From assembly GCA_002633005.1 (NCBI GenBank), contig NMRA01000116.1, positions 628,521-692,520 of the forward strand: 64,000 nt of DNA. Direction: 5' to 3'. The notes below the pieces were generated by a model that saw nothing but the letters and a program-made list of their open reading frames with translations, searched no databases and was not told the origin of the DNA. Within the stretch, counting starts at the first letter, position 1. Each line of letters begins with the position of its first letter. Shown here in pieces: positions 39,031-51,556 of the stretch. The position numbers and the translations under genes are program-made. The stretch is from Phoronis australis (lineage: Eukaryota > Animalia > Phoronida).

Positions 39031-39707
39031 TTCTCGGTTGACATTATGAGTAATAACCCACAGTTAAACAGAAACAGAGGCAGCGGTTAGTGAGTTACCT
39101 GTCATTTACCAACGCCTCGTTTCATGTGGCAGCCATCAGGTGGAGTTAGACGACCGTGAGGCACCACCCACAGGTGACCATGTGACCCATCGACCCCCCC
39201 CCCTCAGTGCCCTACTCAAGAGCCCAAGATATGCTCGAAACTAGGCTCTTGAGTAAAACTAGGCTGGCAGCAGATAATAATTATCCCGATTTCATTATAA
39301 TGTAAAGGCGTCAGCTTTGAACACCCATTCCACAATCAAAAGGTTGCACATACAAATCAACAGTAGATCCAACAAACTTAAATTGCATGTAAAAACATAT
39401 GGAAATGATAGATGATGCAAGAGTAGCAAGCTTATTTCACACTCCTTGTGAATAACAAGCTTGGTGCCCTACATTTCAAGTGCTAAGAACTGAGCTTTTA
39501 CCATTATACAATAATGTTGTATAAAAATTGTATTGTCAGGCCAAGACTTTCACACAATAAACATTTTCTGATTTCTGAACACATCATACTAATCAACATA
39601 ATTATTATGATTTTCTGAAAAAGTACTTGGCATCCAAACAGCCGTGACTATGAATGTAACAATTGCTGCAACATGATCAATGACATCATTTGGTCCACAC
39701 AACCAGG

Positions 39708-39931
39708 TCACAGTTTGCTCTTTCTGTTGTACATATCATACAGTCGTAATCTCTGCACAGGATTGTTATTGTTCGTCAACCACGCTCCACCATCAGCTAT
39801 TATGGTTGACCCAGTCACCAGCGAGCACGCATCACTAACAGCAGCCAGTACAGTGTTCGCAATGTCCACCTTAGCTCCCAGCCGCTGGATGGGGATTCTC
39901 TTTACATGCTCCTCAGTGACAGCAGGACCAC
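39708..39931 (-). CDS. DECR2: DECR2 last coding exon with PTS1
   Basis: taacag|GT GGT...AGC AAA CTG TGA, 224 nt; [74 protein letters not shown]. Confidence 0.96.
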
Positions 39932-42900
39932 CTGTTAGAATAAACTATATATAACTAAAGCAATTCAGTGGTACGTATTATTTGGATCTTTCCCATATTC
40001 GGTCAGTCTTAAATTAAATCATGTCATCAAATGTAGTTTATGGGCTTCTTATGTTTACTTAAAACACAAACTTATAGAGTAATAAAAGTTACTGAGATGA
40101 GAGTGGTGTCCAGGGCTGAATTGATATTTTGACCGCAGAGTGTAAAAATAAAATTTGTCTCCCCCTGCCAGGAACAGGGCTATAAACTTCTCATTATCAT
40201 TAAAATGATTAAGAAACTCATTCCAACAATCTATACATTACCCCTATATTGACCATAAAAAACAGAGATACCATCAATAACAACAGCAACCTGGACCATT
40301 GATATGCATCCAGTGTAAGCATCACAAACAATGATATGAGGGGTGATCAATATTTCCAATGGTCACTAGGTGGTATGAAGAATTGTTAAATTCATCCAAA
40401 AAAATGACAGTAGCCACACAATACACGAAATGAACACATCTACCAAATTTTGCTAAAGGGGAAAGTAGAAGTAGTATAATGAGTAGGAAATTGGCGTTTA
40501 ATTTTGTCTTGATTTCCATGATAGAAAAATGTGTTAAAAAATATCCAGATGAAGCAGATGTCAAGCGCAGCTGATGACAGGATGGAGATAATGGTAATGT
40601 GCAACCCTCTAATGTTTTAGTGGGCGCATAAAAATCAACATCAGTATTCATTGCACAAGAGCATATCAGCAACACAAAGAGCACATTTGAGAAATATGCT
40701 GACTTAGTGGTTCTAAAACGTTCACCACAGTCCACAACCCTTACCTAATCGCCTGAAGCCTTCAGTGTCACTAATTGGTCCAGGAGCCACGCACAAGACA
40801 CGGATCTTATCAGCACCCCATTCCACTGCCAGATGACGTGTCATTGCCTCTGCAATTGACGTTGTGAGTACTTAAACATACTTTAAAGATAGTCACATCA
40901 AATCCCAAAACTGAAACATCAATATTCACGCGAGGACACCTGTGGACAAGTACCACACCTATCAATAAACAATATTTCAAAAAATTTTGGACAATCGCCA
41001 CAATGTTAGAAGCTCTTGAAAATGAATAAGGTTAATTTTGGCAATTATTTGGGTCCGAAATCAGGGAGATTTTACCACAAATGCACTCCGCAGACTGCCC
41101 ACAGTCAAATGGTATTGTTATGTAATCAGAGGCAGGCCACACTACTCATTACCGCATTTTCCCGTTGCTCCCAACTTGTTCCATTCTATAGCCCAACAAC
41201 AAGTTGGAAAGATGACTCCTGTAGCCAATATCTTACACAACTGATTAACACCATTCTGGCATTTATGGTTGGAGGGCCAGCTCTCTTTTGTTCGAGAATT
41301 AATTGCTCTAATCTCGAACTAGGTTCCTAGTCTCCAGTAAGATCGTATCTAACCCAACTGGGCTGTACATATTTGAACATAAACCAATAGCATTTCTGAA
41401 ATCTTCGTCAAATGGTGATCATGTTTATTTCTTGAATTGCCAACCGAAGTTACAACAATCTATTTTTTTCGAACGTTCCAATTCGCTCTGGTTTTGACTG
41501 TGTTCACACGTGGTCTGTAAGAAGCCTGGTAGATAATTGGCCAGCCTGTTGTCATACCAGACAAAAGACTGTGCTTGGCAGTTAACAAAGAAGCTAGATG
41601 TTATCACACGCTCACAACCCTCTAGGTCTGTTAAAATCATTGAACGGGAATGTCGTCATGGTCCTGTCAAAGCACAGGTGGAGACCACCATACCTATATC
41701 TGTACACCCTTACCAATAGCAGCTTTAGCAGTTCCTGCATGGGTTTGCAATGAATCGCCCTGGAAATGGAGAGTTGCTGTTATGTTGACGATAACACCAC
41801 CCGTTTTCTAAAAATTAAAGTACCAGATTCAATTCATTGTGACAACACAAAAAAAGTTAATTACACAGAAGCAAAATCACATTTTTGTTGTTCACACAAC
41901 TGACCCTATAGTCCAACACATTAACTAAAATGTTTCATGCCTGATCAATAAGGTACGACATTGATGATGCAAGTTTCTATACTACTAATCACTGGTGAAC
42001 ATCAGAAAGTGGACCTTTAGCTAACAAAAAAGCTGGAGGACCAAAAAAAACGAGGTACCCCCTTAATCTGAAGCCTGTAAGCAGACCCAGTTTGACACAA
42101 GACAGTACCTTCATTGCTATGTCATAGACAGCCTTGCTCACATTAAACGTCCCGATGGCATCAATCTCCATCACAGTTTTAAATGCATTGAATGACATGT
42201 CTTTGACGGGACACAGGAAGTTGCCAGCGGCACCTGTAAGCAAGCTCCACGACTATGTACGAGATCTAGGTCTTTATCCCCTCATAAGAATCAGTCATGC
42301 CAACAATAAATCAAAGCACATGACAGCGCATGTTTACAACATGTCTTTGTAGTAATATCCAAAGGAACAAAACAGCAATTTGAAAAAAAAACACTAAAGG
42401 AAGTCACAATCTCTTTAGACAATTATGAACCAGTGTTTCTTTTTACAATGTACACTACAAATTAAATAAGGGCTTTTCCAGCAAAATCTGTATGGGAGGG
42501 GGGAAGGCACTTTTATTTCGTACCCACTGCCCATATTTTTCATTTATTTCTCCAACCCATAACCCATAATTTTTTAATTATTTTTAATAGGCTAAAATAT
42601 AAAATCCAACACTTGCAAACAAATTGCCTCCAGGAGGACCTGTTAAGAACTTAGATGATTGACAGACAAGAACTAGTTGTCTTGTTCAATATTGTCAAAA
42701 ACTAAAGTAGCCTGTGAGCAATACTTTTGGCAGCCACCAGGTGTCTCTGTTCACCATGTGTCTAAAATTTCAATGAACATTTTTTCAATTATAAGGATCC
42801 TATGAATCTCAAAATGTCTCCATGAACTCTTTTATACTTCTATGCAAGTGAATATTGGAACTTGTTTATCTTACTCCTCATACTTTTAATTTAAAAATCA

Positions 42901-45900
42901 TCAATTTTCTTATATGTGTTAACAACAGTTTAGTGTTGCATAACTTTTCAATTCAATAGGACTGCAGACATTCAGTTGGCTCAAATCAAGTTGCCCATGA
43001 CTTGATTAATGGCTTAGTGAACATATTGCACTCTGTTCACTGGTAATTATGGGCTTTTTGGTATTGGGATAAGTTAGGATATATGCCAATAGCATTTTTT
43101 GAGTTTTGATGGCTGAAGTAACCAACCTGCCAGCCATTTTTAATGCATCACTTCTTACAGGAAGGACCACCCATAATTTTAGTTTTTTTTCTGCAGACCA
43201 CCACCCATTAATTTTTATTTCTTCTGCTGTCCCCCCTCCCACACGGATTTTACTGAAACAGCCCTAAGTATATTTCAAAACAATGACTAAATTTCACTCA
43301 CCATTAACTAGAATGTCAATTGTTCCATATTCTCCAACAACATATTCAACAGCTTTCAGTATTTCCTTAGGCTAAAAGAATACAGCAACAAGTGTAAAGA
43401 ACAACTAGTCTTAACTTCATCACATGCAATCCATCCAAAAGGAGTTCAACTTGTACCCCTAACAAAGTGATTGTACAAACAATTCCTCTTGATCTATAAC
43501 AGTCTTTAAAGTTCAATGACTTTACCAGACTAAAGTCCCATTTAGACATCAACTTTTGGTCCGGTGCAACCGACACAGAGAAAATTGATCGGTGTCACAC
43601 AGCTGTTTACATACACAACTCACTAACTGTGGCAAGACAGAAGTTGTACGCTGGAGAGACAGAGAACGTGTATGTAGGTTATTGCCTTGCCTAAGTTTCG
43701 CATTTAGACATATAATTGACAAGAATGATCGAGCGCAAATTGCTTTACCTCACAAACGGGTGGCAAAAGTTGTCACCGCGGTGTCAATTTACTCCATGTC
43801 AGTCCCGTTTATACACATACTTGTGCTGGAACATCTCGTTCCGTGTCAGCTGATACGTGTCGACTTTTGTAGTGTAAACAGCAATTATGCTGGTTCTAAC
43901 CCTCTGATAACATCTCGCTCCTTTGTTAACTGCTGAGTGCAGACTTTCAAGTCTGGTATGACAACATACAGGCCAATTACCTGCCATGTTATAGTTACTG
44001 AAACTGTAATGCCTTTGGATACTCAACCCGGCAACTTTGCTATCCAGTTGAGCAAGATGGGAACAACAGAGGAATGCCCTAATGCTTTTCTAATGAAATT
44101 GGTTTCGACCCCTGTTCCCTCTTATACACAAATACTATAGTTACCTGTCTAACATCCATCCGAACAGCTAGACATTGACCTCCTGTTGCTGCTTCCAGTT
44201 TTTGTTTGGCTTTCTCCAACCTTTGAACATTTCGGCTTGCAATAGCCACCTTACAACCATGCCTAGAATATAAAGACTTTTAACTAGCTCAGTTAATAGT
44301 AGGCCTAATAGTAGAAACTAAGTGAAGCAAAACAAGCACAGAAGACAAATGGTAGTGTACTTATATCAAAAAGCGAGTGTCCTCAAGAAACGGTAACTTT
44401 AAATACATGTATAATTCATATTTTAGACCACGAGAATTAATACTAGAAACTACATCAACTATTAAGAATTCCCGTTATAAAAAGTTGAGGAGTGAAATTT
44501 TGACTGCGAATCTAATCCAATTAATACAAGTAGAGGAGACAGACTGGCTCAGCGGTTTGAGCTCTGGACTCCCTTTTGGTAAACCCAGGTTCGAATCCTG
44601 GCTTTACTGGCTGACAATCGAACATTGTACAAAGGCGTCTCCTACTCCTGTGAACTCGGTCTAACCAGTAATTATAAGCAAGGGGATGAATGAGAACCTG
44701 GATATACTGCGAAAGCGATTGTGGTCATATTTTTATCAATATAAGTTCAAAATCATCAGCAGAATATGATTGCACTGAGTGATGGAGCAATTTATACTAT
44801 CAACAACAAGTTTAATACAATCAACTCGATCACGTTCAACAAACTAAGGTGAGAATTTTTAAATTCTCACCTTAGTTTGTTGAACGTGATCGAGTTGATC
44901 GATGTCTAAGATAGTTAAAACTATCTTAGACTTCCCGACTAAATGTGGCTCGGACCTGCCAGCACACAAAGATTCTTTTCTGTCGCACACTATTTCCTTG
45001 TTGCAGATACGTATTCCTGCAGGCCAGACCGCTAATACAGCCTTGAGGATACTTTGTCTACTCCCACACATTATTCGCTGCCCGCAATGGCCTTTCAGAA
45101 GCCTCAGGTGTGCACAAAAATGATGAAATTTATATAGATATAAACCGTATTGATGAAAGTATGCTTCAAAAGTAAATGTTGTGTTTTCCTGTTAAGTGAC
45201 GCGGTGTAAAACAAAATAATTATTTTAAAACAGTTCTTTGCATACTAGTGATATTTGAAATCTGATATTTTTCGCATGTAAAAACAAAATATTTTTCACA
45301 ACAAAAATTGGCTTGTCCCCACAACAACAAGGGTTAAAACACTTAAGCTATCAGCCAGTGCAATGAGAGTAGGACTAAGCTATTCACATGATTTATGAAA
45401 TGCACAAGTCCTCTCACTTCCACTGTACAGTGAATGGGGAGAAGTCTTTAACAGTGTAGACCACAGTGCGCTGCAACCTCATTTTGAAATTTCAAAAGCT
45501 TAGAAATTCTTTTTTTTTGCCCTGTTTAGGGTAATAGTCAGATATAACATGCCCACATTCTGAGAACTAATTATCTACACTGAATAACATGCATCGAATT
45601 GTTTCTCCAACTTTAGCTTTGCTGGCCAAACAAACGGAAATCAGATTGGGCAATTTACTATGACTCATAAAGTTGATCTTCTAACAAAGCATACGTTACT
45701 GTAATATAATTCAATTTTCGAAATGGACTCCTATTGTGGCAAGCAATATTGTGAGACCAATTTTATGAGAGTACTAGGCCTAATTCAGCCAGCTAAACAA
45801 TGCAAAATGCAGCTTTATGTCCAGGACAAGTTGGACATTATAGTTACTGAAAACTTTAAAGCCGAGCCTCGCCCAATACCTCATGAGTACTTCAGATATT

Positions 45901-45948
45901 GTGAAGCATATTCCTGAGCCACCTCCTGTCACAAAGGCCACTTTATCT
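39708..45948 (-). CDS. DECR2: Peroxisomal 2,4-dienoyl-CoA reductase (SDR family); joined exons 45948-45880, 44262-44145, 43371-43302, 42233-42109, 41807-41714, 40849-40745, 39931-39708; first exon unresolved
   Basis: In-frame GT-AG exons give [15 protein letters not shown] (Rossmann TGxxxGIx), [63 protein letters not shown] and a C-terminal SKL-stop, collinear with vertebrate DECR2. Confidence 0.96.
40745..40849 (-). CDS. DECR2: DECR2 exon
   Basis: ttgcag|AG GCA...TTA G|gtaagg, 105 nt; [35 protein letters not shown]. Confidence 0.96.
41150..41660 (+). repeat. Interspersed repeat, also at 47678-47806 (+) and 49430-49918 (-)
   Basis: Shared cattctggcatttatggttggagggccagctctcttttgttcga (41 kb and 49 kb copies) and gaagcctgg.agataatt...ggcagttaacaaa...agatgttat (all three). 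Confidence 0.85.
41714..41807 (-). CDS. DECR2: DECR2 exon
   Basis: ttttag|AAA...ATT G|gtaagg, 94 nt; [31 protein letters not shown]. Confidence 0.96.
42109..42233 (-). CDS. DECR2: DECR2 exon
   Basis: ttacag|GT GCC...AAG|gtactg, 125 nt; [42 protein letters not shown]. Confidence 0.96.
42470..43264. mobile_element. PIF/Harbinger-type non-autonomous element in a DECR2 intron
   Basis: TAA direct flanks; imperfect TIRs of about 33 bp, GGGCTTTTCCAGCAAAATCTGTATGGGAGGGGG / CCCCCTCCCACACGGATTTTACTGAAACAGCCC. Confidence 0.8.
43302..43371 (-). CDS. DECR2: DECR2 exon
   Basis: ttttag|CCT...AAT G|gtgagt, 70 nt; [23 protein letters not shown]. Confidence 0.94.
44145..44262 (-). CDS. DECR2: DECR2 exon
   Basis: ttctag|G CAT...CAG|gtaact, 118 nt; [39 protein letters not shown]. 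Confidence 0.95.
44533..44735 (+). mobile_element. tRNA-derived SINE, copy 2
   Basis: A box TGGCTCAGCGG, B box GGTTCGAATCC; same family as 22038-22250. Confidence 0.85.
44820..44931. repeat. Two adjacent perfect palindromes (39-bp and 13-bp arms, 2-nt spacers)
   Basis: 44820-44858 / 44861-44899 and 44904-44916 / 44919-44931. Confidence 0.95.
45880..45948 (-). CDS. DECR2: DECR2 exon (NADPH-binding glycine motif)
   Basis: tttcag|A GAT AAA...ATG AG|gtattg, 69 nt, phase 2-2; [23 protein letters not shown]. Confidence 0.96.
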
Positions 45949-46399
45949 CTGAAAGTATAAGTATTCAATGCATGTAAATGCAATTCATATCAGCATCAAT
46001 AACCTCATGATCTGAGACTGTCTAGAGTGGGAGAAACCGAGAACGAGTCAAAACACCAACCCTAAATCCTGAATCCAAAGCTGTTGATTTACTGCAGTTT
46101 TCGTCAGTGTTTGTTTGAGATACGCTTAACTTTTGTCATACAATGCGACCATGAATAGAAATTCATGCACCACATCCACTCAATTTGCCACAGTGCCACC
46201 AGGTTACTACTCTTTTAAATTGCCAACTTCACTTTAATTCTACTTTTTGGATGTATGGATCATCAGACTAGTATATAGAACCTTTGGACTTGTGTGGAAC
46301 CTTCAGACAACCGAACAAAGGCATACCGTATTGTCGGATTTGTGAACCTTCAGACTTTGAGAAGTACCCATACACTGTTTATATTGTCGAGTCGTACCT

Positions 46400-46780
46400 T
46401 TCATCTATGTACGTACCTAATTCTTTGATTGCCAGCCATGCTTAGGAGCTCAATCTCAACCTTCTTACATCTAACATACTGTATACTTCAAAAATATAGT
46501 GTATCAGAGGTATACTCGGGAACCCAATGGTCGTCCGCCTAAGCATAAAACCGGCTTGTTGTCGTACTAACCAAATTATACCACTTCAAAGTTATGCTCT
46601 GAATAGGATTTGATTTAACTCTCACAAATATATAGTATTCGTTGATTCAAACGTTTTCTTTTACTTATGCTGAGTTGTTTCAACTGTGCACTGCTTTTCG
46701 GCAGCCATTTTATGATGACTCCTAAGGTCGTCATATGCTGCCGTCTTTTGAAGGAACAGGAAACCACGCAGAAAAAGGCC
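46400..46780 (-). promoter_or_regulatory. Probable DECR2 promoter / first-exon region
   Basis: CpG-retaining stretch with AAAATGGCTGCC (YY1/start-like) at about 46700-46711 and two phase-2 candidate first exons: MAAEKQCTVETTQH-AA|gtaaaa (ATG about 46708) and MAGNQRI-AG|gtacgt (ATG about 46439). Confidence 0.45.
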
Positions 46781-48039
46781 AAGAAAATAGTGGAAAGTGG
46801 TTTACAACTATTCTAGTTCAACCACAAACTGTTTTACTGGTATTTCATCGATTTTTAAATCGATTAAAATTGGTTCAGAATTTCAGTTCTGGAAAATGAA
46901 TCGCTATTGTTTTATTCCAGATAGATCTTCTATTTGTGTCCTCTTTATTTGACTTTTTGCTCTTGTTGTTCTTAACACCACTTATCTCTGCTGTCTTCCT
47001 TTTTTGTTTAAGTTTTTGTTCATTCTCTGTTAACACCTTGTCAGCCAAAACAGAACTGTAACCCTTTGAGACATGGTCGGCGGAAGGTGATCATTGAACC
47101 TCGACACAGTTGTTCTAATAAATTACTCGATATCGTACTGTTTCATTTTTTCTCACCTTTAACAGGCAATCATAAATAAATAAATGAATACCCAAGTTGC
47201 ATTTGCATTTTATTGCTCAATCTCTTCTTTTATTTTTAATTATGTCACGCTGTGTTGTATGTAACAATGCAACATAGTGAATTTAAAGTTAATGTTTTAC
47301 TTTATTGGTGGCCATTCTCTATCAATTCAAGTATTTTAATTTTCTTCAAATAAATCCAAAATACCTTAACCAAAAATTTCAACATAAATGTTGAGCTCAG
47401 TTCTGTGTTTTGCAATAAAAAAGAAGTGGACAACATTTTGATGACCAAGACATGGGCCGAAACTGTTAAGCATACAGCGTGTTGCATTTGTCTGTTGCGT
47501 TTTTCCTTTGGCCTAACAGGTGTCGGTTAGTGGCTGGGACAAATAGATACATTGCATAAACAATCCCAGCATTGTTTTTTGTTCCGTCTGAAGAAAATTT
47601 GATTTTGAAAATATCTTCTAAAAATGAACAAAAAAGTGAATTTATAATAGTAAAATCTGCAACCACCATATGTTTCCTTTGAAGCCTGGGAGATAATTAG
47701 CCTGCTTGTTATCATACGGGACAAAAGACTGAGCTGGGCAGTTAACAAAAGAGTCAGATGTTATGGCACGTTCAGCACCCCTCACGTCTGGAAAAGTTAC
47801 TGAACGACAGAACACTGTAATGCAACCACTCTAGATTGGAATGCTAAGTCCCGCATGGCTGCGCTGCACGCGAAAGAAGATGGCGGATGACCACTGGAGC
47901 CTGACGACGATACGTATTCAGACTATATAAGTTAGAATCATCAGTCCTCTTGCACACCATTTATAACAAACATACGTTGTGTTAGAAGAGTAATTAATAA
48001 TTCTTACTTCTAGGGGCACAACAGTGTTGGACCTATCTG

Positions 48040-48830
48040 AAAATCCATGTCAGTCCTGCTCTTGTCAAGGTAGTCCTAACACATCTGATAATCTTCATGA
48101 CGATCCCATTCTGATTAGTTCAGAGGATACAGTGTCAGACAACTCGAAAACAATAAAAATGGCCACTAGGTGATGTGGGAACAACAACGAACTCAATATA
48201 TTAATCTCTAGCTCTAGAGAGCTATAACACAACAGGTGGCACTGAAAATGTCTAATCCATCCCAAAATGGAAAGCTACCATCGCCTTCACGATAGAAACT
48301 TGTTTGCCACATTTCACTTATCAAATCATCAAAGAACTCTGAAGATACAGAGGCAAACGTAAAAATTAAAATTGCCACTAGGGGGCACAGCAGCAGTCAG
48401 AGCCATCCAAAAGTCAAGGCTGAGCCCTACTGTCACATTTATCGGCGATAACACTTGCAAAATTTGACAAAGATTCTGCAAAGATTAAAGGAGATACAAT
48501 CGTGGGGCAAAAAAGACGAAAAACACCACTAGGAATTAAGTGCCAGGATTGTCAGAGTCAGACCCAACCAAAAATTGACGTCAACCGCAGCCTTCACATC
48601 AGGAACACAGCTATTAAATTTTTATACCGACCATTTAAGTGGTTTGGTGGATAATGAGGCAGACCCTAAAAACAGACTTGAAAAAAGAAAAGAGCCAATA
48701 GGTGGTACAAAAGTCCATTAGATCCATCTCAAAATGAAACGGCATCGTTGTCTCATTAATATAATAGAAACCTAAATGTCATTAAATTTCACGAAAATAA
48801 ATCAATGACTTCCCGGCCGAAGATAGAGGT
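48040..48830 (+). mobile_element. Same repeat family: array of CCACTAG-bearing monomers
   Basis: Motifs at about 48160, 48373, 48525 and 48693, each preceded by gagatac...aaaa and followed by atcc...aaaa. Confidence 0.6.
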
Positions 48831-48899
48831 GCTGTGCGTCAATTTGGAATCACAATATCCTGCTTAATCTCGTGAGAACTTGAAATTGAATATTCAAGT

Positions 48900-49264
48900 T
48901 AGAGAATTATATAATAGTTTATACTATAACCACTAGGTGTCTCTGTAGCTAGCTTCCCACCATTGTCTTAGTGACTACACGTTGATATTACATAGAGGTC
49001 TCCATCATAGATAAACATTCGTCATTTCTTGTCAACCTTTATTGAAAGAATGATGGAGACCTAGAAGTACAAGTAAAGAGAATGCTTACTGTATAGCTCA
49101 AGGGTAATGAATGTACTATAAACGGGATATAAAGTGAATACACATGGAAAAGGTGATAATCCCTACCTCTATGTAATATCAATGTGTAGTCACTAAGACA
49201 ATGGTGGGAAGCTAGCTACAGAGACACCTAGTGGTTATAGTATAAACTATTATATAATTCTCTA
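48900..49264. mobile_element. Young MITE with 100-bp TIRs and 5-bp TSD
   Basis: 48900-48999 and 49165-49264 are reverse complements with one mismatch; CAAGT directly repeated on both flanks; termini TAGAG...CTCTA. Confidence 0.9.
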
Positions 49265-50059
49265 CAAGTGAATTTTTTTGTTCACTGTAAAGAATGTTTG
49301 TAACCATTGGTCTCATGATCCAGTAGCGTAAATTGTGCCACAGAATTGGAGGAATATCTGAATGGTTAAATCAAAGCTTGGTGAATCATATTGCCAATGG
49401 TTGCAAAAATATTAGCCAAAATTAACGTTCATGATGGCGTTCTTTCGTTCAGCAACTTTTCTAGACGTGAGGGGTTCTGAACGTGCGATAACATCTGGCT
49501 CATTTGTTAACTGCCCAGCACAGTACTGTCCCGTATGACAACAAGCAGGCCAATTATCTCCCAGACTTCAAAGGGTTAGAAACCTGGCAGAATGGATTGT
49601 CTTAACTTCTGTTGAATAATTGGGCGATTTTGGAGATTCAAAACTAAACATGATCAGCATTTGACAAGGAATTCAGAAATGCTATTGGGATGTTCAAATA
49701 TGTTATAATTTAACTTTTATTTTGAGCAGCACATCCCAGTCAGGCTAGATACGATCTGATCGGAGATTAGAGCAATCGAACAAAAGAGAGCTGGCCCTCC
49801 AACCATAAATGCCAGAATGGAGTTAATCAGTCGTTAAGATTTGGCCACAGGGATGATCTTCCCAACTTGTTGTTGGGCTAAAGAATCGAATAAGTTGGGA
49901 GCAATGGGAAAACGCCGTATGTACGTAACTTGACTTAGTGCAGTGCAGTTTTTTATCAACGAGAACGTGATTATTTCAATGAAAAAATTGTCAAGTTTCC
50001 TTGTGCATTCCGAGTTCCACATCGACAATCTTGAGATTAGGCAAGATTCCAAGATCACG

Positions 50060-50300
50060 TACACCAAAGGCAAACATAAAAAATAAAATTGCCACCAGGG
50101 GGCAGAGCGGTGATCAGCTTGAAAAGAAGCTCGGCTGACGTCTCATAGGAATGCATGGTACACATCCACCAAATTTCATATAGAGATACTGCAAAGCCTG
50201 GGGGTAAGCCTTTATAAGGAGACACAGCTGTACATCCAAAAAACGACACCGCCACTATGACGCATTAAAAACAGTGAGGTCTCAATTTCTCAAAATTGAG
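50060..50300 (+). mobile_element. Same repeat family, fragment
   Basis: aaaattGCCACCAGGGGGCAG...caccaaatttcat...ggagacacagctg...GCCACTA; inverted similarity to 57260-57390. Confidence 0.55.
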
Positions 50301-51556
50301 GTCTAGCGTGCAAAGACTGGTTCTTTATTAGGCAATACGGTTCTTACTGTTGTAGATGTGATTCCGGTGAATCATATATGACTATATGAGCCTCTGTTAG
50401 CTACTCGCTAATGGGCAATTGTCTATTAACTGAATGGTTAGCACGCTTGCCGGTTTTATGGGGGTCGCTGGTTCGGTCCCCCGGTCGGGTAATCTCGGCT
50501 ATTACTACATTACCTTAAAAGATGGGGTTGAAAAAGGTGATGATAATCATTTAAGCAGCGATCGTAATCGTCATCCATGCCTCTGCAGTTGTCAGTGTGC
50601 AAGTCCAGAGGTCAAAAGTTGTTACGCGCCATCTTCTGGAAAATCACCGAGGGGGGGGTTACACCGGAGATTTGTGAAATATGAATGAGATTTGTCATTT
50701 CCGAGGTCTCGTACAGTTGATAATAATATAACCCGTGAAGGACTGAGATCGGGAGTTAGAGTGTTGCCACACACAACCTCTTCGGAAGATTCACTTTTTT
50801 CGTAGACTTATAGGCCTACAATGAGTCCAGACGTGTCCCTCAGCCCAGGGCCGTAGTTAGGAAGGGGGGGGGGGGGGCAGTCGAGAAAAGAAAGACTGCT
50901 AAATGCGGATAAGAGAGTAAGCACAAGAAAATATTTAACAATTTCTGTATCAGTGCATGGTTTACCTTTTGAGAACCCTGGGCACTAGGGACAATGTTGT
51001 TGTGGTCTCCGCTTTCGTAGCACAGGTCGTCTAACTGACTTGGAAAGGTGCACGTAATGATTCATGCATATATTTCGAAAAATCGACAACATTTGTAAAG
51101 CGAAGCTTTTGCGGAGCGTTTTAATTTACTGAAGTTTTAAGTAAGTCAATTTTTTGACTGCAAAACCATCATTTTTCCGGAGGGCCCTCTTTGGCAAGGG
51201 ATATAACGGAGACAAATTTCGCTTTTTTTTCTCTAATTGTATATCACTCTTGAGAAAAATTTTTTTGACCTGACAGATATAATCAATTGCTGCACATTCC
51301 TTGATTTTTGAAAATATAGATATTTTCACATAGAGGGAACTCACGTCTGCAGGAGACCATTGATGTCATTCAAGTGGCCACAGTTTGAAATTCTTAAGGC
51401 TACGCTCATGGAGAGAGGACCCAATGCGGTACTCGATTACGTCTATTTTCCTGTTTTTTGTGAAATCGTGCAACCAACTTTCATGTGAAGATGAACTTTG
51501 AAGGTCACTTCACCTCGAGTGTACCGTCGTCTGACCACACGACGGTGGAATGAACC

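Noticed and set aside
39673-42352. Plus-strand ORFs overlapping DECR2 exons (39673-39954, 42134-42352)
   Set aside because: Antisense shadows of real coding exons. The same holds for 23426-23635 and 19866-20078 over ATP9.
46620-46710. Stop readthrough or selenocysteine in a DECR2 first exon
   Set aside because: The stop in the ATG frame is TAA; the TGA-containing frame has no start; no SECIS seen; no homology to DECR2 N-termini.
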